Source: Tetramitus jugosus (taxonomy: Eukaryota; Protista; Heterolobosea). Taken from it: 64,000 nt of DNA. Shown here piece after piece: positions 13,385 through 22,165 of the stretch (within the stretch, counting starts at the first letter, position 1; each line of letters opens with the position of its first letter). Location: NCBI GenBank assembly GCA_937625935.1, contig OW569355.1:186001-250000 (forward strand). The letters are read 5' to 3'. A model generated the notes under the pieces. It worked only from the letters and a program-made list of their open reading frames with translations. It searched no databases and was not told the origin of the DNA. The translations under genes and the position numbers were made by a program.

Positions 13385-13858
13385 ATGCAGATCAAAATAC
13401 CTGCGACCATATGGTCCTATCTCGGTGGTGTGATTGCTGCCATTGGATGGCTCGTTCTCATTGATGCTCAAGTCTACTGTACCTATGTGCTGTCGTCAAC
13501 TGACATGACATGGGTCAATTGGATACCATGTATGATTGCTTTTGTGGGATGGTTGTTGTTGAGTGTTGTACCTGTGAGTCACTTGACACTGGAGACGGAT
13601 GATGAGCGCGATATTCGAGTGGCCTACTTTGCTCGTGCCTGGGTGTTTGTTTCTATTTTTGTCTTGTTCTCTGCTGGAATCACGGGCTGTAGTCTGTTGA
13701 TTGTGGATCTGGGTAAGCATCACAAAAAGTTTGTCTGGGGCGCAATGGTCACTCTCTTCCACCCCATGCTCATTATTCTGAGTGCCATGTGTGTCTTTTT
13801 TGGAAGGATATTTGGTGATGGACTCAAGATTGGTGAAGATGACTCGTATGGATTTTAA
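13385..13858 (+). CDS. Vps68/TMEM50 (UPF0220) four-TM protein
   Basis: GW..IDA, WIP and ARAWVF motifs; four hydrophobic helices. Confidence 0.75.
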   Translation: MQIKIPATIWSYLGGVIAAIGWLVLIDAQVYCTYVLSSTDMTWVNWIPCMIAFVGWLLLSVVPVSHLTLETDDERDIRVAYFARAWVFVSIFVLFSAGITGCSLLIVDLGKHHKKFVWGAMVTLFHPMLIILSAMCVFFGRIFGDGLKIGEDDSYGF

Positions 13859-14059
13859 TTTGTGGGTGCTTGTGTGTGTGTGTGGAGTGAATGAATGAAT
13901 GAATGAGTGTTCATCATCCCTATGTATATATGATACATGATCATTGTATTTTAAGACATGTTTTATCTTCACTTTAATAATTGTTATTGTATTGCCTGAA
14001 CTTGTTAGTTGTTTTGAGGTAGCTTGTTGTCATGTGACAGGTGGAAAAATTCATGTGAC

Positions 14060-15679
14060 CTATCGTCCGTCGAACAACTCCTTAAACTCATCTCTCTTCA
14101 TCTGATCTTCCTGTTCAGCCTTTTTGCTCTCATCTTGCAACTTTTTCTTGTCCACGGGTTGAGAACGTTTCATGAGAGGCTTTCCTTGTCGTTGCTTGAT
14201 TGGTTCTTTTGGTTCCTTTGGTTTTCTTGTTGGAGCATGTTGCACCATGTTGTTCTTTGCATCACGACTCTGCTTCCTTCTCTCCTTATCTCTAATTCTT
14301 TCATGTTTCATTACAAAATCGTCCTTAAGATCACCCATTTCAGAAAGGAGAGACTCCAATTTCGATTCAATCTGGGTTAACATAAATATTGGATCTGGAT
14401 CATCTGTCATCGTTGAGGCATCGCAACAGGCTTCGAAAATCTCAGCTATTCTTCGATTCAAAGTTTTTAATTTCTCTCCACTGTCTCTATCATTACTGCT
14501 CGTTAATCTCTTCTGTATTATTTGCCGTTGTTCGGTTTCTTCTTGAATTTGGAGATCTAAACTTTCAATCTGTTTTCTTAAGTTCTCAGCTTGTTTGTCC
14601 ATTTTCTCTCTTGATTCCCTTTCCTGTTTCTTTAGCTCATCTAGTTGTTCATCTATTTCCTGAGTACTTTGGATCAGAAACAGATTCTCTTCCTCTAATG
14701 CAGTAAACTTTGCTAGTAATTGTTCTGGTCTTTGAAAAAACATATCAGTATGCTCTTGCTCATCAGATTCAACTGAATCATCATCTCTTCTATCCATAAT
14801 CAGATTCGAATGAAGCGCGGTCCGTGCAGAAGAAGGTTGGGACGAATTCTTTTCCTTCTTTATCGAAGGATTTGTCAATTTTCGAGCATCAACTTTTTCT
14901 TCGGTCGACTTCGCCTCCTCCTTGAACCAAGAACTTGGGGTTAGAGATTCGAGGAAGTTTTTGTAAGTCATGCATTTACTCAGTTGGTCCTTTAACTTGC
15001 TGATGTCATTCTTAATAGCAGCTTTCCTAGCATTAAGCTTCTTAATTTCATTTTGTTTCCCTTGTTTCGATTTTGTTTCTTCCTCTGCTCTTTGTATCGC
15101 TTGAACAGCTTGAATGTCATTGTTTGTCAAAAAATTATCGAATCGTTGAGCATCTCTTTTCAGAGCTTCTTCTTCAAGTCGTAACTTTTTCTCTCTCTCC
15201 TCAGCCTTCTTCTCTAATTTTTTAATCTCTTGTTTCTTGGTGTCCAGACTCATCTGGATTAGGAACATTTGTCTCTTCTTCTCAATGAATTGAGACATGT
15301 TCTCTTTCTCTCTCTGTTCTCTTTGTATAGGTGGAAATTGTGTATTCTTATGTAACTTAGATGTACGTTTCCGTCCATTGAGGTTTGTATGAATCATTGA
15401 GTTTGTGTCTCTCAATCGCTTGTCCAGAGCTCTGTCATTGTGTCGTTTGACATTTAACCTTGTGGACCATGTTGACTTCTCATGAACCGGAACGTTAGTT
15501 AATCTTCTTCTCTCTTCCTTTTTCCTTCGTTTCTCTTCATCTCTCATCATGAACACCTCTTCGTCAGTCGGAATTCGGAAAGGATTCTCATTCTCTCCAT
15601 AGCGGCTCGCTGATGATACAGAAGAAACTTCATGGTCTCCAAAAGTGTGATTCATTATTACATCCAATCTTTCAGCCAC
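14060..15679 (-). CDS. CFAP100: Cilia/flagella-associated coiled-coil protein CFAP100 (DUF4200)
   Basis: NPFRIP.DEEVF, FIEKKRQMFLIQMSLDTKKQEI, FDNFL, LEEENLFLIQ. Confidence 0.8.
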   Translation of the reverse strand: MAERLDVIMNHTFGDHEVSSVSSASRYGENENPFRIPTDEEVFMMRDEEKRRKKEERRRLTNVPVHEKSTWSTRLNVKRHNDRALDKRLRDTNSMIHTNLNGRKRTSKLHKNTQFPPIQREQREKENMSQFIEKKRQMFLIQMSLDTKKQEIKKLEKKAEEREKKLRLEEEALKRDAQRFDNFLTNNDIQAVQAIQRAEEETKSKQGKQNEIKKLNARKAAIKNDISKLKDQLSKCMTYKNFLESLTPSSWFKEEAKSTEEKVDARKLTNPSIKKEKNSSQPSSARTALHSNLIMDRRDDDSVESDEQEHTDMFFQRPEQLLAKFTALEEENLFLIQSTQEIDEQLDELKKQERESREKMDKQAENLRKQIESLDLQIQEETEQRQIIQKRLTSSNDRDSGEKLKTLNRRIAEIFEACCDASTMTDDPDPIFMLTQIESKLESLLSEMGDLKDDFVMKHERIRDKERRKQSRDAKNNMVQHAPTRKPKEPKEPIKQRQGKPLMKRSQPVDKKKLQDESKKAEQEDQMKRDEFKELFDGR

Positions 15680-15833
15680 TCAAAGATTGTTGTCTGGGTC
15701 CGAACTCAAGTCATTCACTGTACAGAGAGCGGGCTGTTTATTGGCGCCTTTTGAAGATTACACCAGCCGTTACTAAAAAAGGCGGCAACCTGGATCCCAA
15801 AAATTTGCCCCAAATATTTAACAACAACTAGAA

Positions 15834-16945
15834 ATGATGAATAAAGTATTGTCACAGAGTGCAAGCGTAGGTTTGGATCGTCGTACGACACTTCCTGATA
15901 AAGAGAATACGAATCCTGTTGTGTTGGCCTCCTCTCACAGCAACAATACTACTACTTCGACGAACAAAAGTCGAGTCGGCCCCATGAGGGAACAAAGCCA
16001 GCAACAGTCACAGCAGCAACATACACATCGTAAACAACAATGGAGATTATCTGATTTTGATGTAGGAAAACCATTGGGAACAGGTAAATTCGGTCGTGTG
16101 TACCTCGCAAGAGAAAAACGAACAAGGTACATTGTTGCTCTCAAAGTATTGGACAAGATTCAATTGAAGAAGGAAGGAGTAGAGCACCAATTGAGGAGAG
16201 AAATTGAAATACAGTCTCATTTGAGACATAGGAACATTGTACGATTATATGGTTATTTTTATGATGAATATAAGGTTTATTTAATATTGGAGTATGTGGC
16301 CGGTGGAGAGTTGTACAAAAAGTTGCAACAAGTGAAATGTTTTTCTGAAGATTTGGCAGCCAAGGTAGGTGATTTATACTTTCTCTCGTTGTTGCCATTG
16401 CTGTTGTTGTTCGAAGAGCATGTTTATTCAATTGTTTTTGTCCTTGTTCGAATGGATTTGTCTAGTATGTTGGATCGTTGGCAAAAGCACTCTCTTATTG
16501 TCATCAGAAAAATGTGATTCACAGAGACATCAAACCAGAGAACTTGCTAGTTGATGACAAGAATGAGGTTAAGATTGCTGATTTTGGTTGGAGTGTTCAT
16601 GCACCAACTTCAAGAAGAATGACTCTGTGTGGCACATTGGATTACCTTCCTCCTGAGATGGTCGAAGGTCGAGAGCATGATAAAGCTGTTGATCTGTGGT
16701 GCTTGGGTATTTTGTGCTATGAATTCCTTGTTGGTGAGCCACCATTTGTTTCATCAGCACAAAAGGAAACTTTTAGAAGAATTCGCCAGGTCGACCTACG
16801 TTTTCCTGTTCATGTCTCAAGCGAGGCCCAGGATTTGATTCGGAAATTGCTTGTCAGAGAGTCAACACAGAGAATAGATTTAGATCAGGTATTGCAACAT
16901 CCTTGGATTGTGAGGAACAAGGCTCAAGGTTTTGATGAGCAATAG
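15834..16945 (+). CDS. Aurora kinase, two exons
   Basis: [30 protein letters not shown]; intron 16365-16465 restores the frame; [27 protein letters not shown]. Confidence 0.95.
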
Positions 16946-17087
16946 AATAGACATGACCTCTCCAAATAGCACTCTCATAATGAAAACCGTAGACATCCAT
17001 ACTGCACAATCGGAAAACACGAACCAGACCTCAATCTGATCAAGTCCCATCAAAAACTTCCAAAAGAGTCTCCAAAAAAAACAAACA

Positions 17088-17663
17088 ATGCTGTTCTTGA
17101 TTCTATGTTCTTTGCTTGTTGCTTCCACAATAGCCATTGCTTTCCTCTTCCTATTGCCCGTGTACCAAGTGAGGCGTGAGAGCTTTCAGGTGATGGTTTC
17201 TACTGTTCGAACCAAGACTCCCTATGGCAACACGTTCGTCGGTGACTTGTTCCTATGGTTGATCTTCCTCTTCTTCTCTCCCTACTCTGCCACCATTTTC
17301 CCATGCATTGACACTGTAGATGGCTCAAAGGTCGTCATCAGCTGCAGAGAATGGTTCATGCTCCGAAATCCATTCAAGAGTGTGCATGCTGCTGCATTGA
17401 CAAATCTGGGTGAGATGACATGTGGTCTGCACGTGTTGAATCAGTTGCACAGAAAAGGGTTGGCCATTCCAACAGAGATCAACATCAAGTTTATTAAGAA
17501 GGCTCGTGGCAAGATCACTTCGACATGTGAGTCAACTGTTCCAACTGAGAGCGTGGGCGATGCAAGAACTGTGATTACGACCCAGGCAGTTCTGACAGAC
17601 AACTCCAAAACGACTGTAGCGTTGGTCGATGTATCTTGGACAGTCAACTACAAACAAAAGTAA
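17088..17663 (+). CDS. Hot-dog fold thioesterase-like protein (DUF4442/PaaI-like) with N-terminal TM
   Basis: PYSATI..RNPFKSVHAAALTNLGE..FIKKARG. Confidence 0.7.
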   Translation: MLFLILCSLLVASTIAIAFLFLLPVYQVRRESFQVMVSTVRTKTPYGNTFVGDLFLWLIFLFFSPYSATIFPCIDTVDGSKVVISCREWFMLRNPFKSVHAAALTNLGEMTCGLHVLNQLHRKGLAIPTEINIKFIKKARGKITSTCESTVPTESVGDARTVITTQAVLTDNSKTTVALVDVSWTVNYKQK

Positions 17664-17705
17664 ACAACCAAGTAATTTACAAACGCTTTGTCGATGGTAA
17701 AAACA

Positions 17706-17777
17706 GGGGACAACGGAGAATCGAACTCCGGACCTCTCGCACCCAAAGCGAGAATCATACCACTAGACCATTGTCCC
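17706..17777 (-). tRNA. tRNA-Pro (TGG)
   Basis: GGGACAATGGTCTAGTGGTATGATTCTCGCTTTGGGTGCGAGAGGTCCGGAGTTCGATTCTCCGTTGTCCCC: 7-bp acceptor stem, A/B boxes, TTTTT terminator at 17699-17703. Confidence 0.97.
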
Positions 17778-17807
17778 TTCATACAAAACAACCTAATTTT
17801 AAGTCCC

Positions 17808-17822
17808 GTTTTGAGCTAAATA
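17808..17822 (+). repeat. Target-site duplication of element A' (GTTTTGAGCTAAATA; second copy 19670-19684)
   Basis: Identical 15-mer immediately before the 5' truncation point and immediately after the poly(A) tail. Confidence 0.95.
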
Positions 17823-17844
17823 CTTTAGCAATACTCCACAAGAT

Positions 17845-19566
17845 TTGGAAAGAACAGCAAACGCAATGTTCAATGTGCTGGAAAAACTGTGCATGAGCAT
17901 GCACCCCGATAAGTTGGAGCTGTTTGCCAGAAAGGACAGTGACAAGATATCGATTAGAGTTGCCGGTAAGGAAATTGCTTCGAAAGATCGCAAGTGCGTC
18001 TTCCGTGCCTTGGGACTGTTCACCAATTTGCATGGGGACACTGATGCTCAAAAGAAACAGAGCAAGCTGAAGGCAGCTCGGGTTCTTAACAGGTTGAAGG
18101 TGTTGAGACTGGGGCCAGCTCAGGTTGCCAGGGTCGTGAACACTTGTATTCACCCAATCTTTCTCTATGCATCGGAGTTTACCAACTGGCCAAAAAGGTG
18201 GCTTAACGAGGTAAATGGCATGGGACGTAAAGCTGTGAAGTACGGATCAAGAGCCTTGAAGAGGTACCCGTCGGCACTTCTCGCTATCGGCCGGGAAAGT
18301 GGTGGAATTGGACTGTGCGAGTTCAAGGAGTCCCTCACCACTAGGATTGCCGCGTTCATATTCGGAATGCTACAAGGGAAGAGAGACGCGGAAGCGCGTA
18401 CACTGTTGTTGGATACGCTTGATGATGTCAAGCAAAATCACCTACTCACCCAATTGAGTATCTTCCAATCCTGCAACAGGCTGGATCAAGTTAAGAATAC
18501 ATACTTGGTTTGGTGTGCAAAGCTCCTACATGAATCCAACATCACCATCGGTGATGCATCTCTGCATGAGTGTCAAGGATGCAATGTAGCTTTTCACCTC
18601 CCCTTGAGTGAAGCTAGAGTTCTCAAGGCAAACGGAGTACACAGAAATGAACAGCTATATCAAGAAGGCAGCATCATGTCTTATGAGAAAGCTAAAAGTC
18701 TCTACGGTCTAAAAGGCTTGGGACCAAAGAAATACCGACACGTACAGTTCTATATGGAACTGTCGGGCGCTCCTTGCACCCGGGTGAATATACCAATGAC
18801 CGAAATCGTTCACGAACTCTTCATCGATGGAGTCCGAACCGTGGATATCCATGCTAAGAGCCACCTGGCTAACTTCCACCAACGAAAAAGAGAGAAGGAG
18901 GTCTTGAGAAACAGTACGTGGTGGCTTGATGCAGAACTCACAAAGTGGAGTGGGTGGAATACATTTCTGAAGTGTCCCTTTGGCCTCGACAGAAGAGAAC
19001 TTTGGTTTTACCATCAGGTGAGGAGTGGCACCTTGCATACTCTTTCAGTGATGCAGAGTTTATATGGTGGTTTTCGTGGCACGACGTGTACTTGTTGTGG
19101 AGAAGAGGATGATACAATCATTCATCTCCTAGTTGAGTGTTCATCCGCACAAGAGGCCAGAAAGAGAATGTGTATGTCATTGAGCGATAGACTCAACAAA
19201 TTAAGGCTGCCAAAAGACACAAAGGTGGAAGTCTGGTTCGACAGTTACTTGTACTGTAATGGTAGCTTGATCAAAAGAAATGCTGCCATGTCTTCACATG
19301 ATATTTTGGCTGGTCTGATGGGGAAGGAAGTAGAGGCAAGGGAGGACATTCTCAATGCTCTCATCAAGACGGGATGCAAAAAGAAGATCGCAGAAAAAAG
19401 GACTGCGAGTGTAATCGACTGCACCAAGAGAGAGTGTGTTAAGGAGCTGCACAAGCTGTTCATTAGGTCTAAGGAGAGGTGGAGGGAAACGATGCTCTGC
19501 ACCGTGCCGGTGCAGAGCAACACAACAACTACCAGTCCCCATGGACTTGACAGGGCAAGGGAGTGA
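17845..19566 (+). CDS. C-terminal part of LINE ORF2 (RT end/thumb plus CCHC-type zinc finger), frame intact but 5'-truncated
   Basis: 573-codon open frame; CTCCGEEDDTIIHLLVEC; collinear with 24335-26038. Confidence 0.85.
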   Translation: MERTANAMFNVLEKLCMSMHPDKLELFARKDSDKISIRVAGKEIASKDRKCVFRALGLFTNLHGDTDAQKKQSKLKAARVLNRLKVLRLGPAQVARVVNTCIHPIFLYASEFTNWPKRWLNEVNGMGRKAVKYGSRALKRYPSALLAIGRESGGIGLCEFKESLTTRIAAFIFGMLQGKRDAEARTLLLDTLDDVKQNHLLTQLSIFQSCNRLDQVKNTYLVWCAKLLHESNITIGDASLHECQGCNVAFHLPLSEARVLKANGVHRNEQLYQEGSIMSYEKAKSLYGLKGLGPKKYRHVQFYMELSGAPCTRVNIPMTEIVHELFIDGVRTVDIHAKSHLANFHQRKREKEVLRNSTWWLDAELTKWSGWNTFLKCPFGLDRRELWFYHQVRSGTLHTLSVMQSLYGGFRGTTCTCCGEEDDTIIHLLVECSSAQEARKRMCMSLSDRLNKLRLPKDTKVEVWFDSYLYCNGSLIKRNAAMSSHDILAGLMGKEVEAREDILNALIKTGCKKKIAEKRTASVIDCTKRECVKELHKLFIRSKERWRETMLCTVPVQSNTTTTSPHGLDRARE

Positions 19567-19596
19567 CCTAGCACTCTGCACCGTGCCGGTGCAGAG
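19493..19596 (+). repeat. Tandem pair of perfect hairpins CTCTGCACCG-TGC-CGGTGCAGAG at the family A 3' end (also 25965-25991 and 26045-26069)
   Basis: 10-12 bp perfect inverted repeats, two per element, with identical cores in both A copies. Confidence 0.9.
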
Positions 19597-19690
19597 CAGC
19601 ATCACTCCCAGTAACAAGGTGAAATGAATAAAGAGGCAACTCATGTTGTATGGAAAAAAAAAAAAAAAAGTTTTGAGCTAAATAAAAACT

Positions 19691-21092
19691 AAAAAAAAAA
19701 AAACGCCGATGAAAAAACGAACACACACCCCTGTTGTTCGTGAGTATGAGAATCCACGCTATGCTGTGTGGACCACAGCACCAAGAGGAACTGCACCAAG
19801 CAGCAAGGAGGTCATCATCACAGGAAAGTGTGATGACTCTCCCAAGGCTGCCTTGGCCAAGAAGATTGGCTTGGATTTTGGTGATTTGCTCACCAAGGTT
19901 CAAGTCATCAAGAAGGGCCCCAAGAGGTTTGTTGCGTGGGTAACTGTTGTTGATGACAACATCTACCCATTTGTTGAATCCTTCAACCGCAACAAGAAGA
20001 TGAGTGGCTGCAAGGCAGCACTCAAGCACAATGTAGATTGTGCCAAGAAGGTCGTCCTCCACGGTGTAAAAGGTAAGACGGAGGACGACATCAAGGCCAT
20101 GCTTGGCGCAACAAAGGTCAAGAACGTGCTCAAGAAGCACGACACCGCCTTTGTTGTGATGGAGTCCGAAACGTATGCCGAAGCTTTGCTTCGAAACGTT
20201 CAATCCATGCCAGTGGAGGTGGAAGCAAAGCGTTTCCTTCCACGCCCACGTGATCCTGTCAAGGCTGTCAGCAAGAGGCTGACCAAGATGTACCAAGAGC
20301 TACTGGCTGTGGTGGACGACCTGCGCCACCAAGTCAGTGTGTTAAAAGATATGGCTTCCGTCAACCGGATTCCCCTCGCATCCCCGTCTCCAAGGACGCC
20401 GGAGCGAATCTCCGAATTCGAACCTTCGACTCCGTCTACGACCGATGATTGGGAGTCGATCATGCCGGAGTCCCATCCCGCCACTCCAACTACGGTCACC
20501 CAAGAGCCAACCAACAACACCATTGATGAGGATGCTCGTAACAGAGCAATCCTCGAACTAGTACTGAACACCTCCGAGGTGTTCAAGAAAGTCAAGAAAG
20601 AGATTGCTGCCCGAGCAATCATGGTGGACCGTGCAAGAAGCACAGCCACCGAAGAAGATCCAGTTGAGTTGGATCTCAGTAACCCCGACTGTGAGTTACA
20701 GAGTCCCCAACTCAACGAACACAAGAAACGATCAGCACGTGTCACCGTTGGTGACACTGCTGCTAACAAGATCCCGGCCAGGTTGGCCAGTATCAAGTCA
20801 GGTGCTCTCCGTAGGTCCTACCAACTGGCTAGGACTACGGAGCCATCTGACCTCACCAGTGGTGCTCCAGATGGTAGTGGAGGCCCTCGCAACGAGTCCC
20901 TGAAGAAGGGATCAAAACAACATTCCAAGAAGAGAATGAATCCTGTTGCGTAGGCCTGCCACTCCACTGGGCAAGCACCACATCATGTTAGACAATTGAG
21001 AGCAGGCAAGCCTGCTCTCACGCAAAAGAAAAATAAAAGTTCCGCAACGTGGTGCGTGAGCACCATTTGTTGTATTAAAAAAAAAAAAAAAA
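19691..21092 (+). mobile_element. Non-autonomous ORF1-only retroelement, family B, copy B1 (intact)
   Basis: Single ORF, AATAAA, poly(A) 21077-21092; TSD TAAATAAAAACT(A6) at 19679-19696 and 21093-21110; second copy at 26156-27424. Confidence 0.9.
19709..20953 (+). CDS. ORF1-like protein of element B (putative RRM-like domains, coiled coil, disordered tail)
   Basis: 414 aa; shares YxVW, ExxIxGKC, RFxAWVxV, FN and TYA plus a following coiled coil with family A ORF1; no RT or endonuclease motifs. Confidence 0.85.
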   Translation: MKKRTHTPVVREYENPRYAVWTTAPRGTAPSSKEVIITGKCDDSPKAALAKKIGLDFGDLLTKVQVIKKGPKRFVAWVTVVDDNIYPFVESFNRNKKMSGCKAALKHNVDCAKKVVLHGVKGKTEDDIKAMLGATKVKNVLKKHDTAFVVMESETYAEALLRNVQSMPVEVEAKRFLPRPRDPVKAVSKRLTKMYQELLAVVDDLRHQVSVLKDMASVNRIPLASPSPRTPERISEFEPSTPSTTDDWESIMPESHPATPTTVTQEPTNNTIDEDARNRAILELVLNTSEVFKKVKKEIAARAIMVDRARSTATEEDPVELDLSNPDCELQSPQLNEHKKRSARVTVGDTAANKIPARLASIKSGALRRSYQLARTTEPSDLTSGAPDGSGGPRNESLKKGSKQHSKKRMNPVA

Positions 21093-21112
21093 TAAATAAA
21101 AACTAAAAAACG

Positions 21113-22165
21113 ATGTCAAACACACAAGGGCCGTCAGTACAGGCGGTGGTGATACGTCGCAACCACTATTCAGTGTGGTCGCTTATCAGTAAAGAAGCAG
21201 CTGCAAAGACCAATGAAATTGTCATTAGTGGCAAGTGCAACAATGTGACCAACGAGGCACTGTTGAATAAGGTAGTTGATTGCTGCAAGGAGTGGATCCA
21301 AAGAGCGCAAGTCAACAGAATTGGAGAGAGATTCCTAGCCTGGGTAGTTGTCAAGGAGGGAAAGGAGTGGGAATTCATCCGTGAATTCAACAAAGGTGGA
21401 ATGATAGTGGGAGCAACAGCAAGACCCAATGGAAGAATGAGAGCAAAAAATGATGTTGTGATTGTTGGAGGAAGCAAGTCGGCGCTTGCGGAAATCGAGA
21501 AATGGGCGGGAAAAGAGAACATAAATGGAGTAGAGATGTGCGGAAACTCTGCGATTGTATCCACCAAGGGTCCGACTTATGCACAGGTGATGATGGAGAA
21601 GCAGCCCTTGGAGAACACAAGAGTAAGACCATTTGTTCACCGAGAGCCTGATAGAGCGCTACAGATGAAACACTCTATGGCATCACTTCAGCAGCAACTC
21701 AACGACATGATTGACAAGTACAGAATGTGTATGAAGGACATCCATGCACTTAAGAGAGAAGTCTTTAAGTTGAACGGGTTGTTCAAAGGGTTAGCAAAGA
21801 GCTCAACAGCTAGAAATGAACTACCAGCTCGCCAGAGTGAACCAATAGTTCAACAGAGTGAAACAATACAGCAATTTGAACCACCAATTCAACAGAGTGA
21901 AGATATTGGAGAAATCGAGATCCGAGCAGAGTGTTCTCACCGATTGAGGGGATTCAAGAAGAGTCGTCAGACAGCAATCACTAAGATGTTTCCTAATTTG
22001 AAGACTCCTGAAAGGCGAGGTAAGAAGAGGGACGCAGAAGAAAATGAGAGGGAAGAGGAACCCAACAAAGTTCATGTATCTGATACACCAAAGGGCACAG
22101 TTCATGTTCACAAGACTGTACCGGCAGTGATCATTGAACACGAGAGCGACAGTGACTTTGAATGA
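21113..22165 (+). CDS. LINE ORF1 (putative nucleic-acid-binding/targeting protein)
   Basis: 350-aa ORF preceding APE-RT; coiled coil; stop overlaps the ORF2 start (ATGA 22162-22165). Confidence 0.88.
   Translation: MSNTQGPSVQAVVIRRNHYSVWSLISKEAAAKTNEIVISGKCNNVTNEALLNKVVDCCKEWIQRAQVNRIGERFLAWVVVKEGKEWEFIREFNKGGMIVGATARPNGRMRAKNDVVIVGGSKSALAEIEKWAGKENINGVEMCGNSAIVSTKGPTYAQVMMEKQPLENTRVRPFVHREPDRALQMKHSMASLQQQLNDMIDKYRMCMKDIHALKREVFKLNGLFKGLAKSSTARNELPARQSEPIVQQSETIQQFEPPIQQSEDIGEIEIRAECSHRLRGFKKSRQTAITKMFPNLKTPERRGKKRDAEENEREEEPNKVHVSDTPKGTVHVHKTVPAVIIEHESDSDFE

Larger units (their letters stand above)
17823..19669 (+). mobile_element. Non-LTR retrotransposon family A, 5'-truncated copy (A')
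   Basis: Aligns to the full copy from ~24313 (just after YVDD) to its 3' end; AATAAA plus poly(A) 19654-19669; perfect 15-bp TSD. Confidence 0.95.

Noticed and set aside
19493-19596. Palindromic direct repeats as a mini-CRISPR array
   Set aside because: Only two units per locus, inside a eukaryotic LINE 3' end, with the same intervening sequence in both copies and no cas genes.
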